Assembly: GCA_964016885.1 (NCBI GenBank)
Contig: OZ024742.1
Span: forward strand, 377,022,001-377,086,000
DNA: 64,000 nucleotides
DNA from: Eledone cirrhosa
Taxonomy: Eukaryota
Direction: 5' to 3'
In this document: in pieces, positions 1-12,100 of the stretch
Layout of the letters: the number at the start of each line of letters is the position of its first letter
Position numbering within the stretch: the stretch's first letter is position 1
Position numbers and translations under genes: made by a program
Notes under the pieces: generated by a model
The model's input: the letters and a program-made list of their open reading frames with translations, nothing else
Database searches by the model: none
What the model was told of the DNA's origin: nothing

Positions 1-329
1 CCAATAGTAGTTATAGTAATACCAATAGCAGTAATAGTAATAGCAATAGTAGTTATAGTAATACCAATAGTAGTTATAGTAATACCAATAGTAGTAATAG
101 TAATACCAATAGTAGTAATAGTAATACCATTAGTAGTTATAGTAATACCAATAGTAGTAATAGTAATACCAATAGCAGTAATAATAATACCAATAGTAGT
201 AATAGTAATACCAATAGTAGTTATAGTAATACCAATAGTAGTAATAGTAATACCAATAGTAGTAATAGTAATACCAATAGCAGTAATAGTAATACCAATA
301 GTAGTAATAGTAATACCAATAGTAGTTAT

Positions 330-3300
330 AGTAATACCAATAGCAGTAATAGTAATACCAATAGTAGTTATAGTAATACCAATAGTAGTAATAGTAATAC
401 CAATAGCAGTAATAGTAATACCAATAGCAGTAATAGTAATACCAATAGTAGTAATAGTAATACCAATAGTAGTTATAGTAATACCAATAGCAGTAATAGT
501 AATACCAATAGTAGTTATACTAATACCAAATAGTAGTTATAGTAATACTAATAGCAGTAATAGTAATACCAATAGTAGTAATAGTAATACCAATAGTAGT
601 TATAGTAATACCAATAGCAGTAATAGTAATACCAACAGCAGTAATAGTAATACCAATAGTAGTTATAGTAATACCAATAGTAGTTATAGTAATACCAATA
701 GTAGTTATAGTAATACCAATAGTAGTAATAGTAATACCAATAGTAGTTATAGTAATACCAATAGTAGTTATACTAATACCAATAGTAGTAATAATAATAC
801 CAATAGTAGTAATAGTAATACCAATAGTAGTTATCGTAATACCAATAGTAGTAATAGTAATACCAATAGTAGTAATAGTAATACCAATAGTAGTAATAGT
901 AATACCAATAGTAGTTATAGTAATACCGATAGTAGTTATAGTAATACCAATAGCAGTAATAGTAATACCAATAGTAGTAATAGTAATACCAATAGTAGTT
1001 ATAGTAATACCAATAGTAGTAATAGTAATACCAATAGTAGTTATAGTAATACCAATCATAGTAATAGTAATACCAATAGCAGTAATAGTAATACCAATAG
1101 TAGTTATAGTAATACCAATAGTAGTTATAGTAATACCAATAGTAGTTATAGTAATACCAATAGCAGTAATAGTATTAGCAATAGTAGTTATAGTAATACC
1201 AATAGTAGTTATAGTAATACCAATAGTAGTAATAGTAATACCAATAGTAGTAATAGTAATACCATTAGCAGTTATAGTAATACCAATAGTAGTAATAGTA
1301 ATACCAATAGCAGTAATAATAATACCAATAGTAGTAATAGTAATACCAATAGTAGTAATAGTAATACCAATAGTAGTTATAGTATTACCAATAGTAGTAA
1401 TAGTAATACCAATAGTAGTAATAGTAATACCAATAGTAGTAATAGTAATACCAATAGTAGTAATAGTAATACCAATAGTAGTAATAGTAATACCAATAGC
1501 AGTAATAGTAATACCAATAGTAGTAATAGTAGTACCAATAGCAGTAATAGTAATACCAATAGTAGTAATAGTAATACCAATAGTAGTTATAGTAATACCA
1601 ATAGCAGTAATAGTAATACCAACAGCAGTAATAGTAATACCAATAGTAGTTATAGTAATACCAATAGTAGTTATAGTAATACCAATAGTAGTTATAGTAA
1701 TACCAATAGTAGTAATAGTAATACCAATAGTAGTTATAGTAATACCAATAGTAGTTATACTAATACCAATAGTAGTAATAATAATACCAATAGTAGTAAT
1801 AGTAATACCAATAGTAGTTATCGTAATACCAATAGTAGTAATAGTAATACCAATAGTAGTAATAGTAATACCAATAGTAGTAATAGTAATACCAATAGTA
1901 GTTATAGTAATACCGATAGTAGTTATAGTAATACCAATAGCAGTAATAGTAATACCAATAGTAGTAATAGTAATACCAATAGTAGTTATAGTAATACCAA
2001 TAGTAGTAATAGTAATACCAATAGTAGTTATAGTAATACCAATCATAGTAATAGTAATACCAATAGCAGTAATAGTAATACCAATAGTAGTTATAGTAAT
2101 ACCAATAGTAGTTATAGTAATACCAATAGTAGTTATAGTAATAGCAATAGTAGTTATAGTAATACCAATAGTAGTTATAGTAATACCAATAGCAGTAATA
2201 GTAATAGCAATAGTAGTTATAGTAATACCAATAGTAGTTATAGTAATACCAATAGTAGTAATAGTAATACCAATAGTAGTAATAGTAATACCATTAGTAG
2301 TTATAGTAATACCAATAGTAGTAATAGTAATACCAATAGCAGTAATAATAATACCAATAGTAGTAATAGTAATACCAATAGTAGTTATAGTAATACCAAT
2401 AGTAGTAATAGTAATACCAATAGTAGTAATAGTAATACCAATAGCAGTAATAGTAATACCAATAGTAGTTATAGTAATACCAATAGTAGTAATAGTAATA
2501 CCAATAGCAGTAATAGTAATACCAATAGCAGTAATAGTAATACCAATAGTAGTTATAGTAATACCAATAGTAGTAATAGTAATACCAATAGTAGTAATAG
2601 TAATACCAATAGCAGTAATAGTAATACCAATAGTAGTTATAGTAATACCAATAGTAGTAATAGTAATACCAATAGCAGTAATAGTAATACCAATAGCAGT
2701 AATAGTAATACCAATAGTAGTAATAGTAATACCAATAGTAGTTATAGTAATACCAATAGCAGTAATAGTAATACCAATAGTAGTTATACTAATACCAAAT
2801 AGTAGTTATAGTAATACTAATAGCAGTAATAGTAATACCAATAGTAGTAATAGTAATACCAATAGTAGTTATAGTAATACCAATAGCAGTAATAGTAATA
2901 CCAACAGCAGTAATAGTAATACCAATAGTAGTTATAGTAATACCAATAGTAGTTATAGTAATACCAATAGTAGTTATAGTAATACCAATAGTAGTAATAG
3001 TAATACCAATAGTAGTTATAGTAATACCAATAGTAGTTATACTAATACCAATAGTAGTAATAATAATACCAATAGTAGTAATAGTAATACCAATAGTAGT
3101 TATCGTAATACCAATAGTAGTAATAGTAATACCAATAGTAGTAATAGTAATACCAATAGTAGTAATAGTAATACCAATAGTAGTTATAGTAATACCGATA
3201 GTAGTTATAGTAATACCAATAGCAGTAATAGTAATACCAATAGTAGTAATAGTAATACCAATAGTAGTTATAGTAATACCAATAGTAGTAATAGTAATAC

Positions 3301-3500
3301 CAATAGTAGTTATAGTAATACCAATCATAGTAATAGTAATACCAATAGCAGTAATAGTAATACCAATAGTAGTTATAGTAATACCAATAGTAGTTATAGT
3401 AATACCAATAGTAGTTATAGTAATACCAATAGCAGTAATAGTATTAGCAATAGTAGTTATAGTAATACCAATAGTAGTTATAGTAATACCAATAGTAGTA
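330..3500. repeat. Higher-order duplication in the 21-bp array, offset 2269 bp (108 units +1)
   Basis: The CCAAATAG +1 insertion (~529/~2798) and the downstream markers AACAGC, TATCGT, CCGATA, AATCAT and ATTAGCA recur at +2269. Boundaries are approximate. Confidence 0.85.
600..2140. repeat. Higher-order duplication in the 21-bp array, offset 987 bp (47 units)
   Basis: Rare markers AACAGC (634/1621), TATCGT (~832/~1819), CCGATA (~926/~1913) and AATCAT (1054/2041) recur at the same offset. Confidence 0.85.
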
Positions 3501-6500
3501 ATAGTAATACCAATAGTAGTAGTAGTAATACCATTAGTAGTTATAGTAATACCAATAGTAGTAATAGTAATACCAATAGCAGTAATAATAATACCAATAG
3601 TAGTAATAGTAATACCAATAGTAGTTATAGTAATACCAATAGTAGTAATAGTAATACCAATAGTAGTAATAGTAATACCAATAGCAGTAATAGTAATACC
3701 AATAGTAGTAATAGTAATACCAATAGTAGTTATAGTAATACCAATAGCAGTAATAGTAATACCAATAGTAGTTATAGTAATACCAATAGTAGTAATAGTA
3801 ATACCAATAGCAGTAATAGTAATACCAATAGCAGTAATAGTAATACCAATAGTAGTAATAGTAATACCAATAGTAGTTATAGTAATACCAATAGCAGTAA
3901 TAGTAATACCAATAGTAGTTATACTAATACCAATAGTAGTTATAGTAATACTAATAGCAGTAATAGTAATACCAATAGTAGTAATAGTAATACCAATAGT
4001 AGTTATAGTAATACCAATAGTAGTAATAGTAATACCAATAGTAGTAATAGTAATACCAATAGCAGTAATAGTAATACCAATAGTAGTAATAGTAAAACCA
4101 ATAGTAGTTATAGTAATACCAATAGTAGTTATAGTAATACCAATAGTAGTAATAGTAATACCAATAGTAGTAATAGTAATACCAATAGTAGTTATAGTAA
4201 TACCAATAGTAGTAATAGTAATACCAATAGTAGTAATAGTAATACCAATAGCAGTAATAGTAATACCAATAGTAGTAATAGTAAAACCAATAGTAGTTAT
4301 AGTAATACCAATAGTAGTTATAGTAATACCAATAGTAGTAATAGTAATACCAATAGTAGTTATAGTAATACCAATAGTAGTAATAGTAATACCAATAGTA
4401 GTAATAGTAATACCAATAGCAGTAATAGTAATACCAATAGTAGTAATAGTAATACCAATAGTAGTTATAGTAATACCAATAGCAGTAATAGTAATACCAA
4501 TAGTAGTTATAGTAATACCAATAGTAGTAATAGTAATACCAATAGCAGTAATAGTAATACCAATAGCAGTAATAGTAATACCAATAGTAGTAATAGTAAT
4601 ACCAATAGTAGTTATAGTAATACCAATAGCAGTAATAGTAATACCAATAGTAGTTATACTAATACCAATAGTAGTTATAGTAATACTAATAGCAGTAATA
4701 GTAATACCAATAGTAGTAATAGTAATACCAATAGTAGTAATAGTAATACCAATAGTAGTAATAGTAATAACAATAGCAGTAATAGTAATACCAAAAGTAG
4801 TAATAGTAATAACAATAGTAGTAATAGTAATTCCAATAGTAGTTATACTAATACCAATAGCAGTAATAGTAATACCAATAGCAGTAATAGTAATACCAAT
4901 AGTAGTAATAGTAATACCAATAGTAGTTATACTAATACCAAAAGCAGTAAAAGTAATACCAATAGTAGTTATAGTAATACCAATAGTAGTTATAGTAATA
5001 CCAATAGTAGTAATAGTAATACCAATAGTAGTAATAGTAATACCAATAGTAGTTATAGTAATACCAATAGTAGCAATAGTAATACCAATAGTAGTAATAG
5101 TAATACCAATAGTAGTTATAGTAATACCAATAGTAGTAATAGTAATACCAATAGTAGTAATAGTAATACCAATAGCAGTAATAGTAATACCAATAGTAGT
5201 AATAGTAATACCAATAGTAGTTATAGTAATACCAATAGTAGTTATAGTAATACCAATAGTAGTAATAGTAATACCAATAGTAGTTATAGTAATACCAATA
5301 GTAGTAATAGTAATACCAATAGTAGTAATAGTAATACCAATAGCAGTAATAGTAATACCAATAGTAGTAATAGTAATACCAATAGTAGTTATAGTAATAC
5401 CAATAGCAGTAATAGTAATACCAATAGTAGTTATAGTAATACAAATAGTAGTAATAGTAATACCAATAGCAATAATAGTAATACCAATAGCAGTAATAGT
5501 AATACCAATAGTAGTAATAGTAATACCAATAGTAGTTATAGTAATACCAATAGCAGTAATAGTAATACCAATAGTAGTTATACTAATACCAATAGTAGTT
5601 ATAGTAATACTAATAGTAGTAATAGTAATACCAATAGTAGTAATAGTAATACCAATAGTAGTAATAGTAATACCAATAGTAGTAATAGTAATAACAATAG
5701 TAGTAATAGTAATACCAAAAGTAGTAATAGTAATACCAATAGTAGTTATAGTAATACCAATAGTAGTAATAGTAATACCAATAGTAGTAATAGTAATACC
5801 AATAGTAGTTATAGTAATACCAATAGTAGCAATAGTAATACCAATAGCAGTAATAGTAATACCAATAGTAGTAATAGTAATACCAATAGTAGTAATAGTA
5901 ATACCAATAGTAGTTATAGAACTACCAATAGTAGTAATAGTAATACCAATAGTAGTTATAGTAATACCAATAGTAGTTATAGTAATACCAATAGTAGTAA
6001 TAGTAATAAAAATAGTAGTAATAGTAATACCAATAGTAGTAATAGTAATACCAATAGTAGTTATAGTAATACCAATAGTAGTTATACTAATACCAATAGT
6101 AGTTATACTAATACCAATAGTAGTAATAGTAATACCAATAGTAGTAATTGTAATACCATTAGGCAGTTATAGTAATACCAATAGTAGTTATAGTAATACC
6201 AATAGTAGTAATAGTAATACCAATAGTAGTAATAGTAATACCAATAGCAGTAATAGTAATACCAATAGTAGTAATAGTAATACCAATAGCAGTAATAGTA
6301 ATACCAATAGTAGTAATAGTAATACCAATAGTAGTTATAGTAATACCAATAGCAGTAATAGTAATACCAATAGTAGTAATAGTAATACCAATGGTAGTTA
6401 AAGTAATACCAATAGCAGTAATAGTAATACCAATAGTAGTTATAGTAATACCAATAGTAGTAATAGTAATACCAATAGCAGTAATAGTAATACCATTAGT

Positions 6501-9138
6501 AGTTATACTAATACCAGTAGTAGTTATAGTAATAACAATAGCAGTAATAGTAATACCAAAAGTAGTTATACTAATACAAATAGTAGTTATAGTAATACCA
6601 ATAGTAGTAATAGTAATACCATTAGTAGTTATAGTAATACCAATAGTAGTAATAGTAATACCAATAGCAGTAATAGTAATACCAATAGTAGTAATAGTAA
6701 TACCAATAGTAGTAATAGTAATACCAATAGTAGTTATAGTAATACCAATAGTAGTAATAGTAATATCAATAGTAGTTATAGTAATACCAATAGTAGTTAT
6801 AGTAATACCAATAGTAGCAATAGTAATACCAATAGCAGTAATAGTAATACCAATAGTAGTAATAGTAATACCAATAGTAGTAATAGTAATACCAATAGTA
6901 GTTATAGTAATACGAATAGTAGTAATAGTAATACCAATAATAGTTATAGTAATACCAATAGTAGTTATAGTAATACCAATAGTAGTAATAGTAATAACAA
7001 TAGTAGTAATAGTAATACCAATAGTAGTAATAGTAATACCAATAGTAGTTATAGTAATACCAATAGTAGTTATACTAATACCAATAGTAGTTATACTAAT
7101 ACCAATAGTAGTAATAGTAATACCAATAGTAGTAATAGTAATACCATTAGTAGTTATAGTAATACCAATAGTAGTTATAGTAATACCAATAGTAGTAATA
7201 GTAATACCAATAGTAGTAATAGTAATACCAATAGCAGTAATAGTAATACCAATAGTAGTAATAGTAATACCAATAGCAGTAATAGTAATACCAATAGTAG
7301 TAATAGTAATACCAATAGTAGTTATAGTAATACCAATAGCAGTAATAGTAATACCAATAGTAGTAATAGTAATACCAATAGTAGTTATAGTAATACCAAT
7401 AGTAGTAATAGTAATACCAATAGTAGTAATAGTAATACCAATAGCAGTAATAGTAATACCAATAGTAGTAATAGTAATACCAATAGCAGTAATAGTAATA
7501 CCAATAATAGTAATAGTAATACCAATAGTAGTAATAGTAATAACAATAGTAGTAATAGTAATACCAATAATAGTAATAGTAATACCAATAGTAGTTATAG
7601 TAATACCAATAGTAGTTATAGTAATACCAATAGTAGTAATAGTAATACCATTAGTAGTTATAGTAATACCAATAGTAGTAATAGTAATACCAATAGTAGT
7701 AATAGTAATACCAATAGTAGTAATAGTAATACCAATAGTAGTAATAGTAATACCAATAGTAGTAATAGTAATACCAATAGTAGTAATAGTAATACCATTA
7801 GTAGTTATAGTAATACCAATAGTAGTAATAGTAATACCAATAGTAGTAATAGTAATACCAATAGTAGTAATAGTAATACCAATAGTAGTAATAGTAATAC
7901 CAATAGTAGTAATAGTAATACCAATAGTAGTAATAGTAATACCATTAGTAGTTATAGTAATGCCAATAGTAGTAATAGTAATACCAATAGTAGTAATAGT
8001 AATACCAATAGCAGTAATAGTAATACCAATAGTAGTAATAGTAATACCAATTGTAGTTATTGTAATACCAATAGTAGTTATAGTAATACCAATAGCAGTA
8101 ATAGTAATACCAATAGTAGTTATACTAATACCAATAGTAGTTATAGTAATACTAATAGCAGTAATAGTAATACCAATAGTAGTTATAGTAATACCAATAG
8201 TAGTTATAGTAATACCAATAGTAGTTATAGTAATACCAATAGTAGTAATAGTAATACCAATAGTAGTTATAGTAATACCAATAGTAGTAATAGTAATACC
8301 AATAGCAGTAATAGTAATACCAATAGCAGTAATAGTAATACCAATAGTAGTAATAGTAATACCAATAGTAGTTATAGTAATACCAATGGCAGTAATAGTA
8401 ATACCAATAGTAGTTATACTAATACCAATAGTAGTTATAGTAATACTAATAGCAGTAATAGTAATACCAATAGTAGTAATAGTAATACCAATAGTAGTAA
8501 TAGTAATACCAATAGTAGTAATAGTAATACCAATAGTAGTAATAGTAATACCAATAGTAGTAATAGTAATACCAATAGCAGTAATAGTAATACCAATTGT
8601 AGTAATAGTAATACCAATAGTAGTTATAGTAATACCAATAGTAGTTATAGTAATACCAATAGTAGTTATAGTAATACCAATAGTAGTAATATTAATACCA
8701 ATACCAGTAATAGTAATACCAATAACAGTAATAGTAATACCAATAGCAGTAATAGTAATACCAATAGCAGTAATAGTAATACCAATAGTAGTAATAGTAA
8801 TACCAATAGCAGTAATAGTAATACCAATAGGAGTAATAGTAATACCAATAGCAGTTATAGTAATACCAATAGTAGTTATAGTAATACCAATAGTAGTTAT
8901 ACTAATACCAATAGTAGTTATAGTAATACCAATAGTAGTTATAGTTATACCAATAGTAGTTATAGTAATACCAATGGTAGTTATAGTAATACCAATAGTA
9001 GTAATAGTAATACCAATAGTAGTAATAGTAATACCAATAGTAGTTATAGTAATACCAATAGTAGTTATAGTAATACCAATAGTAGTAATAGTAATACCAA
9101 TAGTAGTAATAGTAATACCAATAGTAGTTATAGTAATA

Positions 9139-9168
9139 CCAATAGTAACGACTATAACGACCATAAAG
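9139..9168. other. Direct junction between the 21-bp and 54-bp arrays
   Basis: CCAATAGTA|ACGACTATA|ACGACCATA|AAG. The last 21-mer segment CCAATAGTA matches the 54-mer segment CCTATAGTA at 8/9, followed by two imperfect copies of AAGACTATA. There is no unique spacer. Confidence 0.9.
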
Positions 9169-12100
9169 TCCCAGGTCACTACTGTGGTCGACACACTTCA
9201 TCCTATAGTAAAGACTATAAAGTCCCAGGTCCCTACTTTGGTCGACACACTTCATCCTATAGTAAAGACTATAAAGTCCCAGGTCACTACTGTGGTCGAC
9301 ACACTTCATCCTATAGTAAAGAGTATAAAGTCCCAGGTCCCTACTTTGGTCGACACACTTCATCCTATAGTAAAGACTATAAAGTCCCAGGTCACTACTG
9401 TGGTCGCCACACTTCATCCTATAGTAAAGACTATAAAGTCACAGGTCACTACTGTGGTCGACACACTTCATACTATAGTAAAGACTATAAAGTCCCAGGT
9501 CACTACTGTGGTCGACACTCTTCATACTATAGTAAAGACTATAAAGTCCCAGGTCACTACTGTGGTCGACACACTTCATACTATAGTAAAGACTATAAAG
9601 TCCCAGGTCACTACTGTGGTCGACACACTTCATACTATAGTAAAGACTATAAAGTCCCAGGCCACTACTGTGGTCGACACACTTCATCCTATAGTAAAGA
9701 CTATAAAGTCCCAGGTCCCTACTTTGGTCGACACACTTCATCCTATAGTAAAGACTATAAAGTCCCAGGTCACTACTGTGGTCGACACACTTCATACTAT
9801 AGTAAAGAATATAAAGTCCCAGGTCACTACTGTGGTCGACACACTTCATACTATAGTAAAGACTATAAAGTCACAGGTCACTACTGTGGTCGACACACTT
9901 CATCCTATAGTAAAGACTATAAAGTCCCAGGTCCCTACTTTGGTCGACACACTTCATCCTATACTAAAGACTATAAAGTCCCAGGTCACTACTGTGGTCG
10001 ACACACTTCATACTATAGTAAAGACTATAAAGTCACAGGTCACTACTGTGGTCGACACACTTCATCCTATAGTAAAGACTATAAAGTCCCAGGTCACTAC
10101 TGTGGTAGACACACTTCATACTATAGTAAAGATTATAAAGTCCCAGGTCAGTACTGTGGTGGACACACTTCATCCTATAGTAAAGACCATAAAGTCCCAG
10201 GCCACTACTGTGGTCGACACGCTTCATCCTATAGGAAAGACTATAAAGTCCCAGGTCCCTACTTTGGTCGACATACTTCATCCTATAGTAAAGACTATAA
10301 AGTCCCAGGTCGCTACTGTGGTCGACACACTTCATACTATAGTAAAGACTATAAAGTCCCAGGTCACTACTGTGGTAGACACACTTCAGACTATAGTAAA
10401 GATTATAAAGTCCCAGGTCACTACTGTGGTCGACACACTTCATACTATAGTAAAGAGTATAAAGTCCCAGGTCACTACTGTGGTCGACACACTTCATCCT
10501 ATAGTAAAGACTATAAAGTCCCAGGTCACTACTGTGGTCGACACACTTCATCCTATAGTAAAGACTATAAAGTCCCAGGTCCCTACTTTGGTCGACACAC
10601 TTCATCCTATAGTAAAGACTATAAAGTCCCAGCTCACTACTGTGGTCGACACACTTCATACTATAGTAAAGACTATAAAGTCCCAGGTCACTACTGTGGT
10701 CGACAAACTTCATACTATAGTAAAGACTATAAAGTCCCAGGTCACTAATGTGGTCGACACACTTCATCCTATAGTAAAGACTATAAAGTCCCAGGTCACT
10801 ACTGTGGTCGACACACTTCATACTATAGTAAAGACTATAAAGTCACAGGTCACTACTGTGGTCGACACACTTCATCCTATAGTAAAGACTATAAAGTCCC
10901 AGGTCACTACTGTGGTAGACACACTTCATACTATAGTAAAGATTATAAAGTCCCAGGTCAGTACTGTGGTGGACACACTTCATCCTATAGTAAAGACCAT
11001 AAAGTCCCAGGCCACTACTGTGGTCGACACGCTTCATCCTATAGGAAAGACTATAAAGTCCCAGGTCCCTACTTTGGTCGACATACTTCATCCTATAGTA
11101 AAGACTATAAAGTCCCAGGTCGCTACTGTGGTCGACACACTTCATACTATAGTAAAGACTATAAAGTCCCAGGTCACTACTGTGGTAGACACACTTCATA
11201 CTATAGTAAAGATTATAAAGTCCCAGGTCACTACTGTGGTCGACACACTTCATACTATAGTAAAGAGTATAAAGTCCCAGGTCACTACTGTGGTCGACAC
11301 ACTTCATCCTATAGTAAAGACTATAAAGTCCCAGGTCACTACTGTGGTCGACACACTTCATCCTATAGTAAAGACTATAAAGTCCCAGGTCCCTACTTTG
11401 GTCGACACACTTCATCCTATAGTAAAGACTATAAAGTCCCAGCTCACTACTGTGGTCGACACACTTCATACTATAGTAAAGACTATAAAGTCCCAGGTCA
11501 CTACTGTGGTCGACAAACTTCATACTATAGTAAAGACTATAAAGTCCCAGGTCACTAATGTGGTCGACACACTTCATCCTATAGTAAAGACTATAAAGTC
11601 CCAGGTCACTACTGTGGTCGACACACTTCATACTATAGTAAAGACTATAAAGTCCCAGGTCACTACTGTGGTCGACACACTTCATACTATAGTAAAGACT
11701 ATAAAGTCCCAGGTCACTACTGTGGTCGACACACTTCATCCTATAGTAAAGACTATAAAGTCCCAGGTCACTACTGTGGTCGACACACTTCATCATATAG
11801 TAAAGACTATAAAGTCCCAGGTCACTACTGTGGTCGACACACTTCATCCTATAGTAAAGACTATAAAGTCCCAGGTCACTACTGTGGTCGACACACTTCA
11901 TCCTATAGTAAAGACTATAAAGTCCCAGGTCACTACTGTGGTCGACACACTTCATACTATAGTAAAGACTATAAAGTCCCAGATCCCTACTGTGGTCGAC
12001 ACGCTTCATCCTATAGTAAAGACTATAAAGTCCCAGGTCACTACTGTGGCGACACACTTCATCCTATAGTAAAGACTATAAAGTCCCAGGTCACTACTGT

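Larger units (their letters stand above)
1..9147. repeat. 21-bp tandem repeat array (minisatellite/satellite), ~435 units, truncated at the left window edge
   Basis: Head-to-tail unit CCAATAGTAGTAATAGTAATA (5/21 GC) with main variants AGTAGTTAT and AGCAGTAAT. Register is kept except for +1 insertions at ~529, ~2798 and ~6163. Confidence 0.98.

Noticed and set aside
1377-9147. (PIVVIVI)n, poly-Leu and poly-Tyr/Trp ORFs
   Set aside because: Hundreds of uninterrupted hydrophobic or aromatic residues are implausible as proteins; these are artefacts of a triplet-structured repeat.
1-9147. Telomerase-type long telomeric repeat or Plasmodium rep20
   Set aside because: The array has interspersed variants and kb-scale duplications rather than templated uniform units, it lacks G-runs, and I see only a length match with rep20. 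A subtelomeric location is not excluded.
520-9194. Minus-strand (ITTIGIT)n ORFs as Thr-rich antifreeze/beta-solenoid or mucin proteins
   Set aside because: The codons used can hardly mutate to a stop in one step, so openness is uninformative. The ORFs use non-ATG starts, end at frameshifts and have no signal peptide or unique domain.
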